This document shows, one piece after another, positions 18,544 to 27,607 of a DNA stretch of 64,000 nt. The translations under genes and the position numbers were made by a program. The stretch comes from Candidatus Latescibacterota bacterium. GTDB taxonomy: Bacteria; Latescibacterota; UBA2968; UBA8231. Position 1 is the stretch's first letter; each line of letters opens with the position of its first letter. The stretch is taken from the NCBI GenBank assembly GCA_965215195.1, contig CBDCDC010000002.1, forward strand, positions 1,632,001-1,696,000. Direction: 5' to 3'. Under the pieces are notes generated by a model, which saw only the letters and a list, made by a program, of their open reading frames with translations, was not told the DNA's origin and did not search any database.

Positions 18544-19875
18544 ATGCGCTTTGCCCTGCTTTTTTTGTTTTTTTGCGCCTGTGCCCGCGAAACACCCGAT
18601 CCACCGCAAGCTCCCTCCCCGCCAGCCGGTTCAGCGGCCCAGATATTTGCCACCGGCCGAGCACTCCAAGCCCGCGGCCTCTTCACCCAAGCCGAGCAGG
18701 CCTATCGCCAAGCACTGCAACAAGCCCCGGCCAACCCTCAATACCATTACTATCTCGGCGTCGCATTACACGCCCAGAGTCGTTTTGCCGAGGCGCAAAC
18801 CCAATTTGAGAAAGCACTCGAACTAAAACCCGACTACGCCGGTCCCCGCATTGCCTTGGGCAAAATGCTCTATGATGTACACGGCAAAGTAGAGAAAGCG
18901 CGCCAGTTCCTCGCCGAGGCACTAGAACTGGCTCCCAGCGCGGTTGAAGCGCGCTACATACTAGGCGTGATCCACCAGCGCGAAGGCCAGCTACAAGAGG
19001 CCCGCGAAATTTTCGCCGCCATCGCCGCTGCCGACTCCACCCACCTCCAAGCCCGGCTAAAGCTAGGTCTAGTGGACCTGAAACTAGGCAACTACCAAGA
19101 GGCCGAAAGGCAACTCCGCCAAGTCGCGCACCTCAGCCCGCACGATCCGGCCGCGTTTCTCGGGATCGGGCAGGCCCTGTTGCGCATGGGCCGCACCGCA
19201 GAGGGGGAGCGCGTCCTCGAACGCGCACGGGTTTTGGGCGAACAAAACGACCAGCTCAAGCCCCACCAAGACGCGGTGCGCCAGTACCCCGACCAACCCC
19301 AAGCCCACTCCAATCTCGCCGCCCTCTACAGCCGCTTTGGGCGTCTCAAACTGGCCGTCGAGCACTACCGCCAGTCCATCCTCATCGACTCAGCCTATGC
19401 CTTGGGGTACCAAGGATTGGGCACTCTGCTCCAGCGCCGGGGCAAGGACGACTTGGCGGCGCACTACTACCTCGAAGCCCTGAGCCACGACTCAACCTTG
19501 GCCGAAAGCCACAACAATCTGGGCTTGATCTTTCACAAGCAGGGCGAACTGGAAAAGGCCCTCAGACAATACGAGCAAGCTGTGCAGTTCGCCCCATCTA
19601 CGGGTTTCTACTACTCCAATCTCGGCAATGCGTACCTCGAAATGGATCAACTGAACCAAGCGCAGGCGGCCGTTGAGCGGGCCATCGAACTGGACGCCAA
19701 GCTCTATAGTGCCCACATACTGCTCGGCGATATCCACGCCCGCCGCGGCGAATTCGCACGGGCCATTGCACTCTGGGAAGACCTCCCCTCCAGTGGAGCG
19801 GCCAATGAGCCTCTGTACGCCAAGATCGCCGAGGCCCGACAGAAACTATCCGCGCAAGAGCGCACGCCGCGATGA
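18544..19875 (+). CDS. TPR-repeat lipoprotein
   Basis: MRFALLFLFFCAC lipobox-like start followed by TPRs (AESHNNLG, YYSNLGNAY). Confidence 0.85.
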   Translation: MRFALLFLFFCACARETPDPPQAPSPPAGSAAQIFATGRALQARGLFTQAEQAYRQALQQAPANPQYHYYLGVALHAQSRFAEAQTQFEKALELKPDYAGPRIALGKMLYDVHGKVEKARQFLAEALELAPSAVEARYILGVIHQREGQLQEAREIFAAIAAADSTHLQARLKLGLVDLKLGNYQEAERQLRQVAHLSPHDPAAFLGIGQALLRMGRTAEGERVLERARVLGEQNDQLKPHQDAVRQYPDQPQAHSNLAALYSRFGRLKLAVEHYRQSILIDSAYALGYQGLGTLLQRRGKDDLAAHYYLEALSHDSTLAESHNNLGLIFHKQGELEKALRQYEQAVQFAPSTGFYYSNLGNAYLEMDQLNQAQAAVERAIELDAKLYSAHILLGDIHARRGEFARAIALWEDLPSSGAANEPLYAKIAEARQKLSAQERTPR

Positions 19876-21374
19876 GCTTGGCTGTCCCGCTCGCCGCGCT
19901 ATGGGTGTTCTGGGGTGGTTGCGGTGTAGGTTCCGACCCGGCAGGAGAAAGTGCCCGCTTGATACGGGCCGGGCGCTCCTTCGCCGAAGCACAGCGCTAC
20001 GCCGAGGCGCGCCGCGCCTTTGAAAAAGCTCTAGCCCTAGACTCGCTCGACGCCGCAGCGCACTGTGCATTGGGCGATCTCGACGCCCGGCTCGGGCACC
20101 TAGAGCGGGCCGTCCGGGCCTACAACGCCGCGCTCGCCGCCGACACCACGTACCACCGCGCCCGGCACAACTTAGCTGTAATCGAGGCCGACCGGGGCCA
20201 CCTGCCCTTGGCCATTGAGCTGCTCGAACACATTCCGACCTATGTCCCCGCCCTCCGCACTCTGCCCCTCTTCTACGCCAAACAGGGACGCTACGACCTA
20301 GCCGAAAAAGGACTACATACTGCCCTAGCTGCGGGCGGGGAAAACATTGACGTGCGGCAACAACTCGGCCGGCTCTATTTGCGCCAAGGACGCTACGACG
20401 AGGCCCGAGCCGCACTCAACTTAGCCCTCGCCCAAGACTCAACCCTAGCCGAGAGTCACCGTCTGCTCGGTTTGCTGCACCTAGCCGAGCGACGCTACCC
20501 GGAGGCGATAGCGGCCTTTCGCCGCACGCTCGCGCTCAACCCACACCTGATTGAGGCCCACTACAACCTTTCTTCAGCGCTTTTGGGCCTAAGACAGCCA
20601 ACTCAAGCGCAGGCGGCACTGGCGCGTTTTGAGACCCTCGCCGCCCACGCCGCCCAAGTCGCGCATCTGCGCCGCCAGCTCGACGCCGACCCCGACCACC
20701 GCGAAACCCGCTTGCAGCTAGCCCAGCACTATCGGCAACTGGGGCGAGACGACGACGCCCTCACCCACTATCGGGCTGCGCTGTTGGCCGACCCGGACGA
20801 CTTAGAGGCCCTAATTCCGCTAAGCGGGCTTTTGTTGGCGCGAGGCGAAGACCAAGAAGTGCTCGAACTATGCCGCCGAGGCATCTCCCGGCATCCAGAG
20901 GATGTGCGCACCAGCAAGCTCCACTTCGCCCGTGGCTATGTCTATATGCAGCGCAACCAATATCAAGAGGCCCGCACGGCCTTTGAGCACGCCTTGGCGC
21001 TGGATTCGTCTGCGGCCACAGCTTGGAACAACCTCGGCCATGTCCAGCTAAGTTTGGGCGAAGAAGCAGCGGCCCGACGGGCGCTGGAGGCGGCCATTGC
21101 CGCCGATTCAAGCCTCGCCGATGCCCACTACAATCTCGGCAGCCTCTTCCTGCAAAAGGGACAGCTAGACCGGGCGCAACGGGCCTATCAGGCGGCGCTT
21201 GCGGCCGATTCGGCCTTTGTGCGGACCTATTACGCCCTCGCAACCGTGTACCAAGCCCAAGGCGCGCTCATAGAGGCCCGCCGTTGCTATCAGAGCTTTA
21301 TCGACAAGTGGCAAGGCGACCCAGATTTCCTGCGCCAAGCCCGCGAGCGGCTCGCCCAACTGCCGAGTCCCTGA
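19872..21374 (+). CDS. TPR-repeat protein, probable lipoprotein
   Basis: ATGA overlap with the previous gene, WGGC, and TPRs (EAHYNL, AWNNLG, DAHYNLG). Confidence 0.85.
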   Translation: MSLAVPLAALWVFWGGCGVGSDPAGESARLIRAGRSFAEAQRYAEARRAFEKALALDSLDAAAHCALGDLDARLGHLERAVRAYNAALAADTTYHRARHNLAVIEADRGHLPLAIELLEHIPTYVPALRTLPLFYAKQGRYDLAEKGLHTALAAGGENIDVRQQLGRLYLRQGRYDEARAALNLALAQDSTLAESHRLLGLLHLAERRYPEAIAAFRRTLALNPHLIEAHYNLSSALLGLRQPTQAQAALARFETLAAHAAQVAHLRRQLDADPDHRETRLQLAQHYRQLGRDDDALTHYRAALLADPDDLEALIPLSGLLLARGEDQEVLELCRRGISRHPEDVRTSKLHFARGYVYMQRNQYQEARTAFEHALALDSSAATAWNNLGHVQLSLGEEAAARRALEAAIAADSSLADAHYNLGSLFLQKGQLDRAQRAYQAALAADSAFVRTYYALATVYQAQGALIEARRCYQSFIDKWQGDPDFLRQARERLAQLPSP

Positions 21375-21375
21375 T

Positions 21376-23097
21376 ATGTCCGCACCAGTTCTGCTCATCT
21401 GCTTTCTCTGTCTGTCCTGCAGCCCCACCGAAGAGACCGCGCCACCTGCACCGCTACAACGCGCCGCGCCCGCAGCCTCGTCTCTCCGCTTTGTCGAAGT
21501 TGCATCTGCCGTCGGCCTGACATGGCAGCACCAAAACGGCCGCAGCCCCCAGCGCTACTTTCCCGAGACCATGGGCGGCGGGGGTGCTTTCTTCGACTAT
21601 GACGGCGATGGCGATTTGGATGTTTACGCTGTAAACGGTGCTTTTATTGCCGCCGATCCGCAGGATGCGACCCCTGTCAATAGGCTTTTTCGCAACGATG
21701 GCCAGCGCTTTGTCTCGGTCGCGGCTGGGGTCGCCCACCCGGGCGTTGGCATGGGGGTCGCCGCGGCCGACTACGACAGCGACGGCGATCTCGACCTCTA
21801 TCTGACCAACTTTGGCCTCAACGCGCTCTTTCGCAACGACGACGGACACTTTGCCGAAATCGGACGGCAAACAGGCGTTGCCGATGCGCGCTGGGGCACG
21901 AGCTGCGCCTTTGCCGATTACGACCGCGACGGCGATCTCGACCTCTATGTCGCCAACTACGTGGCCTACGATCCGGCCGCAGCCCGCGCCGACCAAGTGC
22001 CCTATATGGCCGGCTACGAAAGCTACGGCGGCCAAGCACCTGTGGGCTATCCGCATCCTGACAACTTCCAAGGCCAAGCCGATCTGCTCTTTCGCAACGA
22101 TGGCGCGGGGCACTTTGCTGATGTCTCGGCAGGGGCAGGCATCGCCGATGCGAGCGGCAAAGGGCTGGGGGTGGCTTTTGGCGACTACGACCGCGACGGT
22201 TGGCCCGACCTCTACGTGGCCAACGACGCGGTGCGCAACTTCCTCTACCACAACAGCCGCGACGGCACCTTCGCCGAAAGGGCAGGACTAGCGGGGGTGG
22301 CTTATGGCCAAGACGGGCAAATGGAAGCGGGCATGGGGGTGGATTGGGGCGACTACGATGGCGACGGCGTACTCGATTTGACGGTGACCAACTTCCAGGC
22401 CGAGCCTAATGCGCTCTATCGAGGCGAGGGCGGTTTCTTCTCGGTTGCGACCTTTGTCGCCGGGACAGGCCTTCCGTCGCTGCCCTTCCTCGGGTTTGGC
22501 ACCCAGTTTTTCGACCCCGACCTCGATGGCGATCTCGACCTGTTTGCCGCCAACGGCCACGTCCTCGACAACGTCCTCGACATTGACCAATCCACCAGCT
22601 ATGGGCAGCGCAATTTGCTCTTCCGCAACGACGGCGGCCGCTTCGCCGAAGTTTCCGCGACAGCCGGCCCCGGCTTCTCCTTAGAGCGCGTCAGTCGCGG
22701 CAGCGCCACCGGCGACTACGATGGCGATGGCGATCCCGATTTGCTGGTCTTTAACTCGGGACAAGCGCTCAGCTTGCTGCGCAACGATCAAGGCGACGCC
22801 AATCACTGGATCACCATCCGGCTCGCCGGGGCCAACGGCAACCCGAACGGCATCGGTGCTCGGCTGACAGCGACCAGTGGCGACTTGGTCCAGACTAGGG
22901 AACTGCGCGGCAGCCGCTCGTACCTATCGCAGAGCCAACTCCGCATTTGTTTGGGACTAGGAAAACGGCCGCAACTCGACGCGCTAGCAGTGCGCTGGCC
23001 TTCGGGCCGGACCGAGCGATTCGGCCCCTTTGCCGCCAACCAAGCTATCGCGCTCGTCGAGGGCGGGGGGGTCAGCGTGGTTTCTGACCCGCCTTAA
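21376..23097 (+). CDS. CRTAC1-family (FG-GAP + ASPIC/UnbV) lipoprotein
   Basis: FPETMGGGGAFFDYDGDGDLD repeats, SRGSATGDYDGDGD.D, NPNGIGARL, SYLSQS, GLG, VRWPSG. Confidence 0.93.
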   Translation: MSAPVLLICFLCLSCSPTEETAPPAPLQRAAPAASSLRFVEVASAVGLTWQHQNGRSPQRYFPETMGGGGAFFDYDGDGDLDVYAVNGAFIAADPQDATPVNRLFRNDGQRFVSVAAGVAHPGVGMGVAAADYDSDGDLDLYLTNFGLNALFRNDDGHFAEIGRQTGVADARWGTSCAFADYDRDGDLDLYVANYVAYDPAAARADQVPYMAGYESYGGQAPVGYPHPDNFQGQADLLFRNDGAGHFADVSAGAGIADASGKGLGVAFGDYDRDGWPDLYVANDAVRNFLYHNSRDGTFAERAGLAGVAYGQDGQMEAGMGVDWGDYDGDGVLDLTVTNFQAEPNALYRGEGGFFSVATFVAGTGLPSLPFLGFGTQFFDPDLDGDLDLFAANGHVLDNVLDIDQSTSYGQRNLLFRNDGGRFAEVSATAGPGFSLERVSRGSATGDYDGDGDPDLLVFNSGQALSLLRNDQGDANHWITIRLAGANGNPNGIGARLTATSGDLVQTRELRGSRSYLSQSQLRICLGLGKRPQLDALAVRWPSGRTERFGPFAANQAIALVEGGGVSVVSDPP

Positions 23098-25075
23098 TCT
23101 GCGCGACGAGTGCGCGGCCGAACGCCTCTTGCTGCTGCTCGGCAGCTATCTGCACGGCGTACTGCTCGGCGTCGGCCAAGCGGCCCGCAGTCATCAGCTC
23201 AGCGACGAGCAGCTCTAACAAGTCCGTTGTAAACGTCTTGCGGATATTCGCGTCTTGCGCTGCGCGCTCTAGTGCTGCTAACGCCCTGCTATGCTCCCCG
23301 AGCAAATGGTAGGTATAGCCGCGAATAAAGTCCTGTAACCCTGGGGAAAAGTCCGGGGCCGCGCTCAAGAAGCGCAAGCGGTCTAGCAGGGCGAGGAGCG
23401 CGGCGCGCTCGTCCGGCCCAATGGGAGCTCCCGCGAGTTGTCCGCAACGCATCTGGCGCAGCGTACTCCACAAATCGCCCCATATCGTATAAGGCTCCTC
23501 CAAACGGGCCGCGCGATAATAGAGACCCGCGCGCTCGTACTCCCGAGCGGCGTAACACGCTTCAGCTACGTTCAGTGCCAGCAGCTCCGGCCCCGCTCCC
23601 GTTCGCCAACGCTCGACTCCGCTCTGCTCTCCGGCGCTCAATTCGTCCCACAGGGCCGCAGCCTGCTGGCGCAAGGTCTGCACACGACGCTCATTGCCCG
23701 CATCCAAAGGGGGCGCGGCCAAGAGCGCGGCCATGGCCCGCAGCACGGCCAACTGCTCGACGGGCAGGTCGCCAACGTCGGCTGCCGCCAACCGATCCGC
23801 AGCCCCGGGCGCGACCTTCCAAGGGGCCGGTGCTCCTTCTAGTGCAGCGACAATGGCCCGGGCCAAGAGCACTTGGCCGGCCGCCGCCGGATGCAAGTGA
23901 TCGGCCATCAGTTCCCAACCTACGCCGGCCGCTGGGCTGTGGGCGCAGAAGTGCGCCTCAACATCGGCGAGGAGCACCCCTTCTTCAGCCGCGACCCGAC
24001 GCACGACTTCGTTTAGGGCTGCTGTCGCCCGCCAAGGCCGAGGGTCCAACTCGCGTGCCTGCACATAAGCCGCCCGCGCCCTAGCCCCACGGCCTAACTG
24101 CTCTAAGTGATAACCGCGCAAGAAGTGCAAATAGGCGTCGTCCGCATAGAGTGCCTCGGCCTGTTCCAAAGCCGCTAGCGCGGCCGGCGACGCTTGCTTC
24201 CTATGGCCCTGCGCCAAAAAATCCACATAGCGTGCGCGCTCCCCATCCGGCAAAGGCGGCTCAATGCGCGCTGGTGCGAAACCGCGCTCGTTGCTGGTCG
24301 CCGTGCAGAGCACCAAGGGAATGCGCCGCGCTCGGCAAAAGGCCGCCATGTCGCGGAGATTGGCCTCCAAATTGGCCGCCGCCTGCGCCCGCCGCGGATC
24401 GGACGCCGGGATCGCGCCGGCCTTAGACATCACCTCGATTAAGGGACCATCCGCCCACTCTTTGCCCAACGGCCCTATCAGCTTGCCGACCAAGGGCGTC
24501 AGCCGCCACTGCACCAGCGCGTAGTGGACCCGTTTCATCCACACCGCTTGTCCTCCTTGGGCCAATGAGGCCGCTCCATAAACCCCGTATAGCTCGTTGT
24601 GCCCGGTATAGACTACGACCAAGTCCACCCCGAGCGCGGCTGCGCCGTCTTCCACAGCGCGGGCCACGGCAAAACTCGAAGCAGCGGTAATCCCGGCGTT
24701 AAAGACCTCGATCTGGCGCTCTGGAAAGAGATCGCCGAGCATTTCTTGGAGATAAGACGGAGCCGATAAACGCTTGGGGTGGGGGTAGCCCTGTACGGTC
24801 GAACCCCCGGCAAAGAGCACGCGCAACGCACCCTCGGGCGCGGGTTCGATATAGGGCCGCGGAGTCATGCGAATGCCGCGCCGGATAGGCTCGGCCACGC
24901 CGGCGAAGAAGCGACGGGCATAGTCCGGGTTGATCGCGTGGAGCACCCGGCCTTCGACGCGGGCTAGTTGGATGGCAAACGCCGGCGGATCCAACGCCGG
25001 GATCAGCCGCAACCCCCCTTCGATGAGCGCGACCAGTACTAGGCCGAGTAGTAGCGCCGCAAACCGAGCGCGCAT
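23072..25075 (-). CDS. SGNH/GDSL-fold membrane-anchored protein with TPR-like helices
   Basis: EGGLRL, RVLFAGGSTVQGYP, EVFNAG, YTGHNELYG, DHLHP. Confidence 0.8.
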   Translation of the reverse strand: MRARFAALLLGLVLVALIEGGLRLIPALDPPAFAIQLARVEGRVLHAINPDYARRFFAGVAEPIRRGIRMTPRPYIEPAPEGALRVLFAGGSTVQGYPHPKRLSAPSYLQEMLGDLFPERQIEVFNAGITAASSFAVARAVEDGAAALGVDLVVVYTGHNELYGVYGAASLAQGGQAVWMKRVHYALVQWRLTPLVGKLIGPLGKEWADGPLIEVMSKAGAIPASDPRRAQAAANLEANLRDMAAFCRARRIPLVLCTATSNERGFAPARIEPPLPDGERARYVDFLAQGHRKQASPAALAALEQAEALYADDAYLHFLRGYHLEQLGRGARARAAYVQARELDPRPWRATAALNEVVRRVAAEEGVLLADVEAHFCAHSPAAGVGWELMADHLHPAAAGQVLLARAIVAALEGAPAPWKVAPGAADRLAAADVGDLPVEQLAVLRAMAALLAAPPLDAGNERRVQTLRQQAAALWDELSAGEQSGVERWRTGAGPELLALNVAEACYAAREYERAGLYYRAARLEEPYTIWGDLWSTLRQMRCGQLAGAPIGPDERAALLALLDRLRFLSAAPDFSPGLQDFIRGYTYHLLGEHSRALAALERAAQDANIRKTFTTDLLELLVAELMTAGRLADAEQYAVQIAAEQQQEAFGRALVAQIKAGQKPR

Positions 25076-25078
25076 GTT

Positions 25079-26746
25079 TTAAGGAGCGGCTGCGTAGCGG
25101 AAGAGCGCTTCTTCCCTGATTTGCACCTGATCGGCCTCTGCCCGGCGCAGCGAGTCGAGGAAGGCATTGAAGAGCACCCCTTCTCGGCGCTTGCGAATAT
25201 CCGCGCGAATGGGCCGCTGCACCTGCTTAAAGGGCAGCAACGCCATCTCGTAGGGCTGGTCGAGGCGGAACACGCTGTATTTCTCTTGAACTTCCATCGG
25301 GCCTTGTAGCACGCCGACGTCTTTGGAATTGCTGTCGCCAAAGAAGGTGCGGTACGGCGACTGGTAAAGCGACTCAATGGTGACCCGACCGCTGTCGGCA
25401 AAAGTGTGGCCGCCCACTGGCTTCATGCTGGGCCGCACCGAATGGCGAATGGCCAACTCCTCTAGCCGTTCCCCGCTGCGCACCCGCGCGAGAATTTCTT
25501 CGGCCTCCGTGCGCGTATCGACCAGCACCTCGGTCATCTCGATGACGCCGGGCAGGGATTTGTAGGTATCGAGGTATTTTTCGTAATAGGCTCTAACTTC
25601 GGCGTCCGTCACTTCGACCCTGCCCTCTACCTCGTCCAGACGCAATTGGGATGCGAGGAGCTTCTGGAGCTTTTTCTCTTTCCACTCCACTATGTCGGCC
25701 CGCTGATGCCGCCCCTGAGCGCGGGCTTCGAGGGCCAGCAGCGAATCGGGAAGAATCCACAACTCGAGCACATGGCAGACCGCTGCGCTGTCGGGCGGCA
25801 GCGCACCCTTTTCCACGGCGAGCAGTCCCTGCACGAAGTCGCCCACCTTGATCGCGCTGCCTCTGTATTCGATCAGCGGTGCCTGCGCTTGCGCTTGGTC
25901 CAATCCACGGCCGTGCAACCCATCAAGCACGGCGCGGATGCGATCGCGGTGATAGCGCAACTCGTGCGCCTTCTTGAGCGAATCAATGACCGCTTCGCGC
26001 CGACTCCTCCACTTGCGCTGGCTCAACTGTTTGGCGATATCGGTGCGCAACTGCTCAAAGGGAATGCGCTGCTTCTTGAGGACCTTGACCACCTCATAGC
26101 CGTCGATGGTGCGGATCGGCTCGCTGATTTGGCCTTCCTCCAAGTGGAAGGTGCCATCGCGCAGGCTGGACACGGCACCAGATTGGCCGAAGAAGGCACC
26201 GAGATTGCCGCCTTTGTCTGCGTCGTCAGCTAGGGAACGCTCTCGTGCCAATTCGGAGAAGCTAGCCCCTGCATTTAGCAGGCGGATGATTTCGCGGGCG
26301 TCTTCTTCGCGGGCGGAGAGGATGTGCGCCGGCCAGATTTCCCAACCCAGCGATTGCTCCTCATAGGACGCCCGAAGTTCCTCTTCGGTAATTGTGAGTT
26401 GGGCATCGACTATTTCGCGAGACAACTCCTCAGATAGGCGCTTATTGACCATCTTGGAGAGCTTGTGTTTCAGATCGGGTAGCTGCTCCAGCCCCCGCTT
26501 CCTAGACTCGCGCAGCACGAGCTCCTTATCTACCAAGCTCTGCAAATGGGCGCGATGGGCAGCCACGCCCTCTTTCTTTGAGCGCAGATAGTCGGGCAAC
26601 TCCTGCTCGTAGCGGTCGAGGTCTAGGACCGTGATTGCCTTCTCAGCGACCGTGGCCAGGACCGTCTCAGGAGTGGCCGGTCCACTTTCCGGCTCGCAGC
26701 CCGCAACCGCTAAAAGGAGGCCACAAACAAAAAATCGCCAAAACAT
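25079..26746 (-). CDS. Peptidyl-prolyl cis-trans isomerase (SurA/PrsA-like, two PpiC-type domains), lipoprotein
   Basis: Lipobox VAGC, AHIL, GASFSELARERS.AD...GGNLG, GQISEPIRT..GYEVVKV, then a second rotamase-like domain. Start placed at ATG 26746. Confidence 0.85.
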   Translation of the reverse strand: MFWRFFVCGLLLAVAGCEPESGPATPETVLATVAEKAITVLDLDRYEQELPDYLRSKKEGVAAHRAHLQSLVDKELVLRESRKRGLEQLPDLKHKLSKMVNKRLSEELSREIVDAQLTITEEELRASYEEQSLGWEIWPAHILSAREEDAREIIRLLNAGASFSELARERSLADDADKGGNLGAFFGQSGAVSSLRDGTFHLEEGQISEPIRTIDGYEVVKVLKKQRIPFEQLRTDIAKQLSQRKWRSRREAVIDSLKKAHELRYHRDRIRAVLDGLHGRGLDQAQAQAPLIEYRGSAIKVGDFVQGLLAVEKGALPPDSAAVCHVLELWILPDSLLALEARAQGRHQRADIVEWKEKKLQKLLASQLRLDEVEGRVEVTDAEVRAYYEKYLDTYKSLPGVIEMTEVLVDTRTEAEEILARVRSGERLEELAIRHSVRPSMKPVGGHTFADSGRVTIESLYQSPYRTFFGDSNSKDVGVLQGPMEVQEKYSVFRLDQPYEMALLPFKQVQRPIRADIRKRREGVLFNAFLDSLRRAEADQVQIREEALFRYAAAP

Positions 26747-26838
26747 AACGTTATCACCTGTGTACAAAACTGCGCGGTCCCGCTTGCCCAGCGGCACCGC
26801 GCAGCTAGTTGAAATTGGCTTGTGAACCCTGCGCTGCG

Positions 26839-27597
26839 CTATTGGCCGGTCGCCACCTTGCGCCCGTCTGGATAGATGCGACCGATCTCGCGCTCAAAGT
26901 GCATTTCGACGTCCACGTCCTCAATCGGATCCCCCTTGTAGTCGAAGCGCACCACCACATCGGGAATATGGACGATCAGTTCCTCCACGTCCGGTGCCAG
27001 CGGCTTAAAGACGATATACCCTTCGTTCTCTTGGGCACTGAACACCTGCTCATCGGGAAACATCGTGCGCCGTAAGATACTATCGCGCTCGTTCCAGACC
27101 TCCAAGGCATTGCCGGGCATCCCAGGGTCGTTGCCGCCGCTGCCACCGCCGATATAACTGCGGTAATACCTCGAGATCTGTTCGTGCCTCAGCGCGTAGT
27201 ACTTGCGCCCATTAGCGGTGGTTATATAGACCTTTTTGGGGTCGAGATAGACCTTGGGGTATTCGTAATTAGAAAGGTACATGCGAAAGACAGTGAAGCG
27301 CTGCGGGGTGTCCCCAGTGCGAAAGTACGTCGAGTTGCCAAACGTGTAGGGGTTGCGCGAGTTGGCCCCTTCGTTGGAGTACGCGCCGAACTGGCGGTTC
27401 AACTCCTCGTCGGTCATCGGCCGTAGGCTGATTTCAAGGCGCGCTTGTGTATAGGACACAGTGCCATCGTCGGCCACCGTCTTGTTAGCCCCTTGCTCGG
27501 CCTCGCTCATAGGCGTGAGATCTTCGGCGTAATAGCGATAGGAGCAGCCCGGAAAAAGCAGCCCGACCAAAAGCAGCGGCGTGAAACATCTCAGCAT
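26839..27597 (-). CDS. Hypothetical lipoprotein, paralog of 11383-12129
   Basis: Lipobox FPGC and conserved blocks shared with 11383-12129. Confidence 0.8.
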   Translation of the reverse strand: MLRCFTPLLLVGLLFPGCSYRYYAEDLTPMSEAEQGANKTVADDGTVSYTQARLEISLRPMTDEELNRQFGAYSNEGANSRNPYTFGNSTYFRTGDTPQRFTVFRMYLSNYEYPKVYLDPKKVYITTANGRKYYALRHEQISRYYRSYIGGGSGGNDPGMPGNALEVWNERDSILRRTMFPDEQVFSAQENEGYIVFKPLAPDVEELIVHIPDVVVRFDYKGDPIEDVDVEMHFEREIGRIYPDGRKVATGQ

Positions 27598-27607
27598 GGG
27601 TGACCTC

